Positions 7,913-17,201 of a DNA stretch of 38,412 nt are shown here, piece by piece. Every line of letters starts with the position of its first letter. The stretch's first letter is position 1. Source of the stretch: a virus (taxonomy: Duplodnaviria; Caudoviricetes); IMG/VR virus record IMGVR_UViG_3300012940_000015, positions 1 to 38,412 of that record; one strand, 5' to 3'. Position numbers and translations under genes: made by a program. The notes beneath the pieces were generated by a model that made no database searches, was not told the origin of the DNA, and saw only the letters and a list, made by a program, of their open reading frames with translations.

Positions 7913-8368
7913 TCAGCCCAGCGCCACGTAGGCCACGCCGATGATGACCGTCGTGCCTGAGGTGATGGTGGAGTTCGGCATTGCGGTGCGCAGCGAGAAG
8001 ACGGATCCGATGGTGCCGAAGCCGCCCGTGGCACCGGCGTCGTAGGCGAACGACGTGGAGAAGGACGGCATCCAGTCCGACGGGATGCCGGTAAGCACAT
8101 TCTGGTTGGGGATGTCGCCCGCCGAGTTGGCGGTGATGGTCGAGCCGGAATAGCTGAGCTGCATCTGGATGACGCGCAGGACGCCGATGCGGATGGCGGT
8201 GAAGTTGGCGATCGACCAGTTGGTTCCGGCCGAGACGCCGACCTCGGCAGCGGAGTAGGGCTGTGGCGCGATGGCAGCGTCGACCGATTCGGCCATCTGC
8301 TGGAGTTGAGACCGAGAGGGAGTCGACGCCGGGTCAGGGAAGAAGATGTTGTTGTCCGTCGTGCCCAT
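7913..8368 (-). CDS. Minor tail protein
   Basis: Follows the large tail gene; QQMAESVDAAI helix then a beta-rich domain. Confidence 0.65.
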   Translation of the reverse strand: MGTTDNNIFFPDPASTPSRSQLQQMAESVDAAIAPQPYSAAEVGVSAGTNWSIANFTAIRIGVLRVIQMQLSYSGSTITANSAGDIPNQNVLTGIPSDWMPSFSTSFAYDAGATGGFGTIGSVFSLRTAMPNSTITSGTTVIIGVAYVALG

Positions 8369-8369
8369 G

Positions 8370-10643
8370 TCAGGCTCCTAGCTCAAGAGGGTTGGCGTCG
8401 AAGTCGTCCCAGGTCTTGCCTGCCCACACGGCGTCCCAGTCGTCCCACGTGCGGGTCTCGTTGATGCGGTCCCAGTCGCCCCACGTGAACGGCAGGAGCA
8501 CGAGGTCGAGCATCTGGCCGATCTCGCCCTCGGAGCCGTCATAGGAGACCTTGGTGATCAACGCCTTGGCTTCCAGGCCGCTGCGGGAGTACTTGAGTCG
8601 CAGCACCTTGCCGATGTCGTGGGACCAGTCGAGCCGACACCTGACCTCGGAGGCTTTCCACAGCCCGGTCCCTGAGAGGCGCGCGTAGAGGTAGTCGGCG
8701 ATGTCAGCGGCGTCCTGGCGCCGTTGCACCCACTGTGCGAGGTCGACCTCAAGCGGGCGCTGAGCCTCCTCGGCCGACGTGCCGCGCTCGACGATCTGCG
8801 GGGTGTCGTAGGTGGCGACCGACCGGGCGCGCAGGATCAGCGAGGGCTCACCATTGCCGTCGACGAGGTAGATGTCGTTGGCCTTCGGGTTGATGACCAC
8901 GATCCGTGCTGTGGTGGCCGAGGTCTGCCACGCCTGCGCTTGGAACGAGTCGCCACCGAGCGGGGAGCCGGTGCCATTGGGGTTGTTGAACGCGATGATC
9001 GTGTTCCGCTGCGACCAGTAGGGATCGGGCGATCCGATCGGGATATAGAAGCGCTGGAAGATCCCCACGGCGGCACGGTTTTCGAGTTGCGCCTCGATCT
9101 CGATCCGCTCACCAGCGGGCACGCGAACCACGTCATCGGCACGCCACGCCTCGGGCGCCAGTGTGGTCGAGCCAGCGTCGGCCTTGAGTACGGTCGGGGC
9201 GTTGAAGGAGACCTGCACGCGGTCGACCTGGTCGGCAGGGTCGAGCGTCCACGGCAGGTCGGTCCACTCGTGGCCGATGTCGGTGTCTTCGCCGTCGTCA
9301 TTGGCCCCCGCGAGGTCGTCGCGGGTCAGGATGCGGAGGATGCCGTCGGCGCCGAGGATCGCAGCGGCGGCCCACGCTGAGCAGATGTCTTGGATCGCCG
9401 TCCATGCGTTCATCCCGGCGGGCACCCACGGCAGCCCCATGTCGCCGCCGAGCGGCTTGAGGAGCGCCTTGGGAGCCAGCCACAGTGCGGGGTCATCTTC
9501 CGTGGTGACCTGGATGCCGGAGAACTGGCCGGGAGGCAGCGAGGGGTTGGGGCCGCTCGGAGTCAGTGTGCCGGCATAGGGATAGATGAGCTCGATGCCC
9601 GTGGTCGATGGCGTGAAGGACTGTGAACTCGGGGAGGCCTGTGCCGACCAGGCCGCGGTGGCCGAAGAGCGGGCGTTTGCGCGAATGGCGGTCCACTGGC
9701 CCGTGGTCTCGTTCCAGGTACGAGACACGCGCACCTGCACGCGGAGGGGCCAGTTGGGGTCGAGGGCTGGCGTGAACGGGACGGTGGCGAACGTGCTCGA
9801 GACGTTGTTGCAGATGCCGAGCGTGTGCGTGCCGGTGTCGAAGTCGTTGACGATCTTGATCTGCCAGCCGCCTACGAAGTCGGCGAAGTGGAACGTTCCG
9901 GCGACGTTCTGGGTGAAGTAGACGTACTGTCCCGTGGCGAGCCGGTCCTTGATCGGTGTGCCACCGGTGCCCGCGGTTGACACGGCCTGAGCCATCGTGT
10001 CCGACTCGCCACCGACCGTGCCGTCGGGGAGCGTTGTCCATCCAGGCGTGAGGCCGCCCACCTCGTAGATCGGATAGCCAGTCGTGGCCATGAACGAGCC
10101 GTCCATGGGGAACGCCAGGAGGGCCGATTCAACAGGAGGAGGAACTGCGGTGAAGCCTGCCGTTTCCGCGAGTCGAGCGATCGCCCACACGGGGTCGACG
10201 GGCGAGTCGGGATTGAAGGGATCGGCCGCATACGCCGGCAGCGCCTGCGGCTGCTGCTTGCCCGCGTACTGCGCCTCGAGGAGGTTGACATCCACGCCGA
10301 TGCCGCTCAGGGCGCCCGCGGTGTCATCGACGACCCAGGACCCCAGCGGAAGCTCGTCGCCAGCCGAGTCGACCGCGACGATCCGGCTCGCTGCGCCCGA
10401 GGTCACCAGATGCGCCGGGTCCTTCGACCACGGCGTTGCGCGCTGGGCAGGGATCACCGTCACGCCAGCCGACCCCACCGAGAGGCCGTTGCCGGAGCGG
10501 ATGTTGCCGGGGATCGTCGAGGCCACCAGCTCCCGCTCGAGCGAGAACGCAGAGACGGCGGCATTGAACAGCCACTTCACCCCTGGCGCCACCAGTCGGA
10601 CCTCGGGCAGCGCGTAGACGTCCGGCGTCTGCTCCCAGGCCAT
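8370..10643 (-). CDS. Large minor tail (hub/tip) protein
   Basis: 757 aa, second gene after the tape measure; C-terminal TW.DWD repeats. Confidence 0.8.
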   Translation of the reverse strand: MAWEQTPDVYALPEVRLVAPGVKWLFNAAVSAFSLERELVASTIPGNIRSGNGLSVGSAGVTVIPAQRATPWSKDPAHLVTSGAASRIVAVDSAGDELPLGSWVVDDTAGALSGIGVDVNLLEAQYAGKQQPQALPAYAADPFNPDSPVDPVWAIARLAETAGFTAVPPPVESALLAFPMDGSFMATTGYPIYEVGGLTPGWTTLPDGTVGGESDTMAQAVSTAGTGGTPIKDRLATGQYVYFTQNVAGTFHFADFVGGWQIKIVNDFDTGTHTLGICNNVSSTFATVPFTPALDPNWPLRVQVRVSRTWNETTGQWTAIRANARSSATAAWSAQASPSSQSFTPSTTGIELIYPYAGTLTPSGPNPSLPPGQFSGIQVTTEDDPALWLAPKALLKPLGGDMGLPWVPAGMNAWTAIQDICSAWAAAAILGADGILRILTRDDLAGANDDGEDTDIGHEWTDLPWTLDPADQVDRVQVSFNAPTVLKADAGSTTLAPEAWRADDVVRVPAGERIEIEAQLENRAAVGIFQRFYIPIGSPDPYWSQRNTIIAFNNPNGTGSPLGGDSFQAQAWQTSATTARIVVINPKANDIYLVDGNGEPSLILRARSVATYDTPQIVERGTSAEEAQRPLEVDLAQWVQRRQDAADIADYLYARLSGTGLWKASEVRCRLDWSHDIGKVLRLKYSRSGLEAKALITKVSYDGSEGEIGQMLDLVLLPFTWGDWDRINETRTWDDWDAVWAGKTWDDFDANPLELGA

Positions 10644-11368
10644 CAGCCGACCTCACGCAACGCGACAGTGAAGTCACGCAGCCACGTGCCCTGGTAGCGC
10701 ATGGTCAAGGTCTCTTCCGGGTCGTCGACCACGACCTTGCACGGCATCGACTCGCCCGGAGACCAGATCTCGGGCGGCGTGCCCTCGGTCAGCATGAAGC
10801 CGGAGGTGTCAGGGGCACCGTTCATGGCGCCGAAGCTCAGGACACCGTCAGCGTTCGGGGTGAATGCGTAGGTGTTCTGGCCGGCGGTCGTTGCCCGCAG
10901 TGCCGCCACGCCCGGACCCGCCAGTGTCACGGCATCCGCGCCTGACCCGGACGACCACCACGACAGTGTGGTCGACTTCCCGCCGCGCACACTGCCCTGG
11001 AGGACCACGCCCTCGGTGACAGCAGGTAGCGGAACGCCGCCACAGTCGAGCACCGGCCCAGCGCCGAAGCAGGTCGACGAGGTGAGCATGTTGATCGTCG
11101 CCTCCGACCACAGCCACACATCGGCCTGCGACTCCACGGCCGCGGTCACCAGACCGAGGGTGTCGATCGCAGCCCACGGGATCGACCACGACCACGAGCG
11201 GCGCACCTGCGAACCACGCTGCTCGAAGCGGTGACCATCAAGCGAGGTGATCGACGACCGAGGCCGCGACGGAGCCGCATCGACCGTCGGCACAATGCCC
11301 TCGACCCGCAGCCACGAGCCGTTGACCGAGAGCCAGAACGGCGAAGAAGTCGGGTTCGGATCTGTCAC
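10643..11368 (-). CDS. Minor tail protein (distal-tail position)
   Basis: First same-strand gene after the tape measure; GGAGG RBS; ends LREVG. Confidence 0.75.
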   Translation of the reverse strand: MTDPNPTSSPFWLSVNGSWLRVEGIVPTVDAAPSRPRSSITSLDGHRFEQRGSQVRRSWSWSIPWAAIDTLGLVTAAVESQADVWLWSEATINMLTSSTCFGAGPVLDCGGVPLPAVTEGVVLQGSVRGGKSTTLSWWSSGSGADAVTLAGPGVAALRATTAGQNTYAFTPNADGVLSFGAMNGAPDTSGFMLTEGTPPEIWSPGESMPCKVVVDDPEETLTMRYQGTWLRDFTVALREVG

Positions 11369-11410
11369 TTCGCCTCCAAGAGTCGGGGGTTCGGCTTAGA
11401 GTTCCGAGGC

Positions 11411-11581
11411 ATGAAGAGCACCAAGGTCGATCAAGACGGAACGGTCCGCTGCCCGAAGTGCGGGGCGACGTCGTTCTCAGAGAAGCGCAGCGTCAAGGGC
11501 AAGGCGATGGCTGGCCTGATGGCACCGAAGCGCCTGAAGTGCAACGGCTGCGGCCGGATGCTCAAGCGGAGCAACTGGTAG
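11411..11581 (+). CDS. 56-aa basic Zn-ribbon protein (antisense moron)
   Basis: CPKC...CNGC; TAGAGT -10 lies 8 nt before the ATG; fills the gap between the tape measure and distal tail genes. Confidence 0.75.
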   Translation: MKSTKVDQDGTVRCPKCGATSFSEKRSVKGKAMAGLMAPKRLKCNGCGRMLKRSNW

Positions 11582-11589
11582 CCCCGCGC

Positions 11590-14268
11590 TCACTTCCGCC
11601 TGGCGTTGTTGCGTTGACCCTCGGCGACGATCCGCCCTGCGGCGTTCTTCCCGACGCTGAGGGTCCACTTCGACTTCGCCAGGCCCCGCTCGATCGCCTT
11701 CTCGAGCTTGGCTTCCTGCTTGTCGATGCGGGCGCCGTAGGTGGCGTCGGCGGTGATGAAGCCGGCGGCCGAGGCGTAGGTGTTGAACGTTGAGAACGAG
11801 GAGCGCAGGGACTTCATCTGTGCCTTGCTGGCCTGGAGGAAGACGTCGGCCACCCGAGAGCCTTCCTCGCTCCCGTAGCCGGCGATCTCGTTGATCAGTG
11901 CCGGCGGCATGCCTGCCTTGACCAGCGCGGCCAGCTTGACCGCGAACGCCTTCATCCGGGCGGCGAGCGCCTTGGCGGCGTCGACCGCCGCACCCGGCCC
12001 GACGGAGAGGCCGAACTCGTTGGTGCCCACCAGGGACGAGAGGTCGAACTCACCCTTGAGACTGTCGGTGATGCTCTTGGCCATCTCGCGACGGGCGGCC
12101 ACCAGCTTGTTGAGCTTGTTGAGCTGCTTGGTGATCGTGGCCACGAGGTTGCGGTAGTGCTTGGCGACGTTCTTGGTGATCTGCTTGTTCGCCAGCGCCT
12201 TGCTGATCTGCTTGGTGACCCGCGCCAGTGCCTTGGCCAGGTTGCCCTCGGCGCCGCGCATGCCCTTGATGATGTTGCGGATCAGGGCCGCGCCGGTGGC
12301 CTTGGAGTTGTTCAGTCGGGCGCGGGTCTTGGCTGCCGTGGTCACCTTCGCGCCACGGGGGAGCTCGACGAGCTCGGGGCCTTTCTCGCCAACCAGCGCC
12401 ATGCCGCCCTGGAAGAAGTTCGTGCCCTTGGCAAGTGCTGGGATCAGGGTCTGCCCGCCGACCTTGCCGACCCCGGGGATATGAGTGTCGACCTCGGGGA
12501 TCTTGATCGGCAAGTGGAGGACGGCGTTGATGGCAGTCTTGAGGCCATTCGCGAGGCCGTCCCAGATGCCGGAGAACAGGCTCTTGATCTTGCCCGGCAT
12601 GCCTCGGATGAAGTCGAGGGCGTTGCCGAGCCAGCGCTTTACGCCGTTGTAGGCGACCCTGGCCCCGAGGGTGAGGGTGCTGAACGCTCGACCCACCGCG
12701 GAGCCCATGTTGATGGCGCCGCGGACCAGGCTGACGAAGACGCTGATGACGGCCAGGACCGCCGGGACCAGGGTGCGGAGCAGGAAGCCGGAGACCTTGA
12801 TCATGATCGGGATGACCTTGCCGGCGATGGTGGCTTGGAACTTCACCCACCAGGCGATCATCTTGGCCACGATCTGGATCACGGTCTGGATGGTCGGCCA
12901 CCACTCGCGGAGCTTGGCGCCGATCTTCTGGAGGATGGGCAGGATCGTGCCGGTGAAGTAGGTCCCGAGCGCCTTCCAAACCGGCTGGAGCTTCTGCGCG
13001 ACGGCTTGGGCGAGCGAGACGACCGCAGGAACGAGCGTGGAGACGACCCAGGTTCCGAACTTCTGGAGCTGCTCGCCGAGCGTCTGCACGACCGTGCGGA
13101 AGGTCTCGGAGTTCTTGTAGGCGTAGGCGATCGCACCGCCGAGGGCAGCGATACCGAGGATCACCAGTGTGATCGGCGAGGCGGCAAGGGAGACGGCGGC
13201 CATCGCGAGGGCCACGGCCGTCAGGGCGCCGGCGAGGATGCCGAGCGCGGTCGCGGCGCCCTTGATGACCTCGGGGTTCTTCTTGAAGAACTCGTTGACC
13301 TTCGCGATGACGGGGGAGAGCTTGGAGCCGATGGTCTGCACCACGGGCTGGATCGCCTTCACGAGTCGCTGGGCGGCCTTGATCCCTGCCGAAAGCCCGC
13401 GTCCCAGCGTCTCGCCGACTTTGACGGCGACAGGGCCGAGCTTGTCGAGCTGTGCCGTGACATTGCCGAACATCGTCGGCAGCTTGGAGAAGATGCCACT
13501 GAGCACCGAGGCACCGAGGCGACCGAGGGCGGCCTGCATGTTGGCGAACGCGCCGGTGACGGTCTTGCCCGACTCCTGCGCCGCGCCGCCGAGGCCCTGC
13601 TGCATGGCGTTGCGGAAGGTGTCGAAGTTGATCTTGCCCGCACTGGCGAGCTTGACCGTCTCCTCCGCGGTCTTGCCGAGCTCCTTGCCGAGGAGCTGGA
13701 TGATCGGGATGCCCGCGTCGTTGAGCTGGGCGATCACATCGCCCTGGATCTTGTTGGACGCGGCGACCTTGTTGAAGATCGCGCCCATCTCGCCCATGTC
13801 GACGCCGGCGATCGTGGCCGCGTCCGCGACCAACTTGAGGGTGCGCTGGAGGTCGCGGCCGGGCTTCACGCCAGCGGCCACGGCGCCGGCCGCCGAGGTA
13901 GCGGCCTCATCGAGCCCGAACGCCGTGCCCTTCACCGAGGCGAGGGCATTGCCCATGATCTTGTCGACGACCTTGGCCGAGTGTCCCAGGCCGGTCAGCT
14001 TTGCCTCGGCCTGCTCGATGCCCTTGAGGCGGGAGAAGCCCTTAGCCAGTGACAGACCCAATGTGCCCGCGACGACAGCGCCAGTGGCCTTGGCCGCGAC
14101 GCCCATCGTCTTCTTCATCGACGACGAGAGGCGCGTGCCGATCGACCGGCCAGCACCGTCAGCCGCGCGCCCGGTGCTCGAGTCGCCGAGCGCCTTCTTC
14201 ACGCCGGGGGCGATCTTGCTGGTCTCGGGGATGATTGACAGGTAGGCGACACCGAGCTCCGTGGCCAT
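11590..14268 (-). CDS. Tape measure protein
   Basis: 892 aa, helical; ELGVAYLSIIP start, VKGTAFGLDEAA tape-measure domain, VGEKGPEL motif. Confidence 0.95.
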   Translation of the reverse strand: MATELGVAYLSIIPETSKIAPGVKKALGDSSTGRAADGAGRSIGTRLSSSMKKTMGVAAKATGAVVAGTLGLSLAKGFSRLKGIEQAEAKLTGLGHSAKVVDKIMGNALASVKGTAFGLDEAATSAAGAVAAGVKPGRDLQRTLKLVADAATIAGVDMGEMGAIFNKVAASNKIQGDVIAQLNDAGIPIIQLLGKELGKTAEETVKLASAGKINFDTFRNAMQQGLGGAAQESGKTVTGAFANMQAALGRLGASVLSGIFSKLPTMFGNVTAQLDKLGPVAVKVGETLGRGLSAGIKAAQRLVKAIQPVVQTIGSKLSPVIAKVNEFFKKNPEVIKGAATALGILAGALTAVALAMAAVSLAASPITLVILGIAALGGAIAYAYKNSETFRTVVQTLGEQLQKFGTWVVSTLVPAVVSLAQAVAQKLQPVWKALGTYFTGTILPILQKIGAKLREWWPTIQTVIQIVAKMIAWWVKFQATIAGKVIPIMIKVSGFLLRTLVPAVLAVISVFVSLVRGAINMGSAVGRAFSTLTLGARVAYNGVKRWLGNALDFIRGMPGKIKSLFSGIWDGLANGLKTAINAVLHLPIKIPEVDTHIPGVGKVGGQTLIPALAKGTNFFQGGMALVGEKGPELVELPRGAKVTTAAKTRARLNNSKATGAALIRNIIKGMRGAEGNLAKALARVTKQISKALANKQITKNVAKHYRNLVATITKQLNKLNKLVAARREMAKSITDSLKGEFDLSSLVGTNEFGLSVGPGAAVDAAKALAARMKAFAVKLAALVKAGMPPALINEIAGYGSEEGSRVADVFLQASKAQMKSLRSSFSTFNTYASAAGFITADATYGARIDKQEAKLEKAIERGLAKSKWTLSVGKNAAGRIVAEGQRNNARRK

Positions 14269-14283
14269 CTCGCCTCCTTGCGG

Positions 14284-14712
14284 TCAGATGCGTGCGTTCG
14301 GGAAGTGGGCGAGGTACCAGGCGTCGGCCTCGGCGAATGTGTCGAAGCCGTCGTTCGCGCCGATCTGGGACCGCTCGACATCGCCGTCCTGGACGGTCTC
14401 ACTGGGCGGTCGGATCAGGTCGACGCGCAATTTGCCGCCCGTGAGAGCAATGACGTCCCTGCGCAGGAGCTTGACCTCGTTGGCCAAGGCGACTGCAACC
14501 TGCGTGTTGAGCGATCCCCACTCCCACGAGGGATCGAACGCGCGGGCCGTCGCCGACCCCGGTGGCAGTTCAGCCAGCAGGGACGCGACGTCCAGCAGGT
14601 GCATGCCGTTGCGCCAGAGCGCGAACGGGGTGGCCTGGTAGTAGCGGGTGAAGTCCGCGAGAAGAGCCCCGCGATGCTGCCGGAGCAGCGTCGCGAGGTT
14701 CAGGAGTTTGGG
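14284..14712 (-). CDS. Tail assembly chaperone, frameshift-extended part (gpT-like)
   Basis: The -1 frame from CCCAAAC is open (KLLNLATLLRQHRGALLADFTRYY...) and continuous with ORF 14284..14604. Confidence 0.8.
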   Translation of the reverse strand, partial: PKLLNLATLLRQHRGALLADFTRYYQATPFALWRNGMHLLDVASLLAELPPGSATARAFDPSWEWGSLNTQVAVALANEVKLLRRDVIALTGGKLRVDLIRPPSETVQDGDVERSQIGANDGFDTFAEADAWYLAHFPNARI

Positions 14713-15086
14713 AGCGACTCCAGCACGTGCATCAGGATCTCGGCGCCCTTCTCCATCGGCACTCGGCCAGTCTCAGGGTCGCGGTGAGCGTCCATCAGCG
14801 CGCGGAACGTGACGCCACCGACGAGCTTCCGGAGCAGTTGCCCGGCGAGGAGGATGTCCGAGGGCTCGCCTTCGCCGGCGCTCGCCTCGGTGATACGACC
14901 GATCTTGTCCGCGACCTCGAAGTCATCGAGGGCCGAGGGATCGAGGGAGACGGGCACCTCGAGCGGGTCGCCTGCCTCGTCGAGGGCGGTGCCGGTGACG
15001 GTGAAGTCGATGACGGACGGTGCGGTCGGGTCGGCCTTGGCCTTGCGGTCCTCGGGGACCTTTGCGCCTTCGGGGATCTCGGACAT
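14700..15086 (-). CDS. Tail assembly chaperone (gpG-like)
   Basis: Between the major tail and tape measure genes; ALDDFE motif; slippery heptamer just before the stop. Confidence 0.85.
   Translation of the reverse strand: MSEIPEGAKVPEDRKAKADPTAPSVIDFTVTGTALDEAGDPLEVPVSLDPSALDDFEVADKIGRITEASAGEGEPSDILLAGQLLRKLVGGVTFRALMDAHRDPETGRVPMEKGAEILMHVLESLPNS
14706..14712 (-). other. Programmed -1 ribosomal frameshift site C-CCA-AAC
   Basis: XXXYYYZ heptamer in the correct phase; the -1 frame joins the two chaperone ORFs. Confidence 0.8.
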
Positions 15087-15126
15087 GGGTGCGGAACCTC
15101 TCTACTGCGGAGCCATGGATGAAGAG

Positions 15127-15169
15127 CCCGGCCGCCGGTGAGGCTCCGCGTGAGATACCGGCGGCCGGG
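15127..15169 (-). terminator. 13-bp perfect hairpin after the major tail gene
   Basis: CCCGGCCGCCGGT / ACCGGCGGCCGGG, followed by CTCTTC on the minus strand. Confidence 0.65.
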
Positions 15170-15176
15170 GGATTGA

Positions 15177-15752
15177 TCAGCTCGAGGAGCTGGACGACTC
15201 GACGCCGGAGTCGGCGTAGTCGTAGAAGAAGACGCCGCTCGCATCCTTGTAGAGCGTCAGGGTGATCGGGATGCCGACCACTGCGCCCGCGGTCATCTCC
15301 TGCGTGAAGTCCTCGGTCACGTCCTTGGCGTTGGGCGCGACGATGCGGCGCACGCTGTCGCCGTCCTTGAGCTCGAAGTCCCACGGCCCTGCCGGAGCGT
15401 CCTCGCCCTTGTAGGCGACGGTGATCTTGGTGCCGGCCACGGTGACGGCGCCGTCACCGAACTTCGCCTTGAGGACGTTGGGGTCGGCGGCCTGGATGAG
15501 CGTGAACGTCAGCGTCACCGAGGTCTCGGTCTTCAGGCGCTTGACCTCGTCGCCGTTCCAGTCGCGGATGACCTCGTATGCCTTGGTGATCGCGCGGGAG
15601 AGGCCGTCGCTCGACGCGTAGCCCTGGTTGATGAACGCGGGGTCGAGAGCCGTGGTCTCGTCGGTCGGCAGGGTCGTGCCTGCCGGTGCCCTGAAGATGT
15701 AGCCGCCAGGCTTACCGGTGCCGGCGACGATCAGGTTGCTGTCCTGTGCCAT
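15177..15752 (-). CDS. Major tail (tube) protein with C-terminal Ser6
   Basis: APAGTTLPTD...LD.AF...GY.SSDG motif of actinophage tail tubes; ends ESSSSSS. Confidence 0.9.
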   Translation of the reverse strand: MAQDSNLIVAGTGKPGGYIFRAPAGTTLPTDETTALDPAFINQGYASSDGLSRAITKAYEVIRDWNGDEVKRLKTETSVTLTFTLIQAADPNVLKAKFGDGAVTVAGTKITVAYKGEDAPAGPWDFELKDGDSVRRIVAPNAKDVTEDFTQEMTAGAVVGIPITLTLYKDASGVFFYDYADSGVESSSSSS

Positions 15753-15831
15753 GACAATCCTCCATGAAGTTGCGGAGCCTCATGGGTGGGTGGTGCACCC
15801 CTCGTCGCCGACGTGGGGAGTAGATGGCCCG

Positions 15832-16215
15832 TCAGAGAGCGACGGGGCGAAGGTTGAGCTCGACCGTGGCCTGCCAGCGCGGACAGGCGGCCTCGGGATC
15901 GGGGAACGACTGCGGACCACCGACGGCGATGACCTCACGGACGCGGTCACCGAACGTGGTGTCGTCGTGGATCGCCCACAGGTGAGCGAAGGCCAGGCGG
16001 CACATCTCGGAGGCCTCGACCTCGTCGGAGTGCCAGGTCTGGATCGTGAGCATCGGATGATCGTGGACCGGCGACCGGCGAGAACTGCCGATCTGCTCGA
16101 CGGTGATGGCGCCGTCGCGATCCCGAACGCGGGTCGAGACCTCGCGGGTCGGCATCTTCGCGGCCAGGTACTCGACAACCAGCGCCTCGGCGTCGACCGG
16201 AACCATGGTGGTCAT
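15832..16215 (-). CDS. Tail terminator
   Basis: Synteny plus DAEALVVEYL, VSTRV and PDP...RWQAT motifs. Confidence 0.75.
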   Translation of the reverse strand: MTTMVPVDAEALVVEYLAAKMPTREVSTRVRDRDGAITVEQIGSSRRSPVHDHPMLTIQTWHSDEVEASEMCRLAFAHLWAIHDDTTFGDRVREVIAVGGPQSFPDPEAACPRWQATVELNLRPVAL

Positions 16216-16454
16216 CCGCGCCCAGCGTTCAGGTTGGCCAGGATGGTGTTCCGCTTCGCGTTGCGGACCATGCCTCGCGGGGTCGTGGTGACCACGGCCG
16301 AGCGGGCACGGGTCTTGCCGTTGCCGCGGACAGCTTCGATCCCGGCGCCACAGTGAAGGGCGATCGCCTCGGCGCGGTCCTGGAGTTCGTCGGCCACCTT
16401 GGGCAGGCGGCGGATCTCCTCGAAGGCCGAGATGTTCCAGTCGATCTTGACCAT
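16212..16454 (-). CDS. Neck/tail-completion protein (80 aa)
   Basis: MVKIDWNISAFEEIRR...RARSAV...NAKRNTIL; overlaps both neighbours by start/stop coupling. Confidence 0.7.
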   Translation of the reverse strand: MVKIDWNISAFEEIRRLPKVADELQDRAEAIALHCGAGIEAVRGNGKTRARSAVVTTTPRGMVRNAKRNTILANLNAGRG

Positions 16455-16804
16455 CAGCCGGCCTCCTCGATCCTCAGCAGCGATACCCGGACGCCCGGCG
16501 TGAAGCCGAACGGTCCGTGGTTGAAGTCCTCGGGGTGGCCGACGACGGAGTAGAGCGTGCCGTCGACCGTCATCCGGTCCTTCGGCTTGGCGGCCGAGGC
16601 GGGCATGTAGACGTCGAGGTCGCGGACGACGGGGGTTCGGTTGGGCTCGAAGGGCTGGGCATCGGGCGAGGGTGGCGCCCAACCGTAGGCGTCCTCGGGA
16701 GTGCCGGGGTCGGCCCAGGTCTCCTTGGGGTTGCCGTGGGAGTTCTTGGTGCCCATGGAGCGCTGGTGAAGGGTGATCGACCAGGGAGTCGGGAAGGTGG
16801 GCAT
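16454..16804 (-). CDS. Head-to-tail stopper
   Basis: HGNP.ETW, GWAP, DRMTVDG..Y.VVG.P motifs; synteny. Confidence 0.75.
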   Translation of the reverse strand: MPTFPTPWSITLHQRSMGTKNSHGNPKETWADPGTPEDAYGWAPPSPDAQPFEPNRTPVVRDLDVYMPASAAKPKDRMTVDGTLYSVVGHPEDFNHGPFGFTPGVRVSLLRIEEAG

Positions 16805-16844
16805 TCGGCTGACACCACCCTTCAGGCAATGCGATGGTGGGTGG

Positions 16845-17201
16845 ATGCGCTCACTTGCTGTGATCCCTGTGCTTCTGCTTGCCTTCGCCGCTTGCGGCAA
16901 CGACGACGATGGCGACGGATCGAGCGGTGGGTCGACGCCCAAGTGCTCCGACATCTGGACGGAGGGCGCGACGATCCCGAAGGGCTACGAGGGCTGCGTG
17001 GACGGGAGCACCCTGAATCCCGTCGCGATCTACGACGACTGCGCCGGCGGCAAGGTCTTCATGCGCGACGACCGGATGTACGGCTTCGAGGGTGAGGGTG
17101 TGCACGTTGTTCCTGAGGGCACCGAGATCGGGTATGACCTGCCGGAGTACGACCAGCTCTGGCGGGAGTGCTACCCGACCGACGACGAGTCGTCGTCGTA
17201 G
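16845..17201 (+). CDS. Lipoprotein (antisense moron), candidate superinfection-exclusion protein
   Basis: Signal peptide with lipobox MRSLAVIPVLLLAFAA-C; acidic body with 4 further Cys. Confidence 0.75.
   Translation: MRSLAVIPVLLLAFAACGNDDDGDGSSGGSTPKCSDIWTEGATIPKGYEGCVDGSTLNPVAIYDDCAGGKVFMRDDRMYGFEGEGVHVVPEGTEIGYDLPEYDQLWRECYPTDDESSS

Noticed and set aside
8380-8490. TW.DWD repeats at the end of the large tail protein as a novel motif
   Set aside because: Similar Trp-Asp repeats are common at the ends of actinophage minor tail proteins.
3284-10643. Diversity-generating retroelement or invertible tail-fibre cassette
   Set aside because: No reverse transcriptase, invertase or template/variable repeat pair was seen.
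12157-14052. 631-aa plus-strand ORF (also 3988..5181, 5193..6968, 17584..18594 and similar)
   Set aside because: Antisense shadows of well-supported high-GC genes, with no motifs or RBS.
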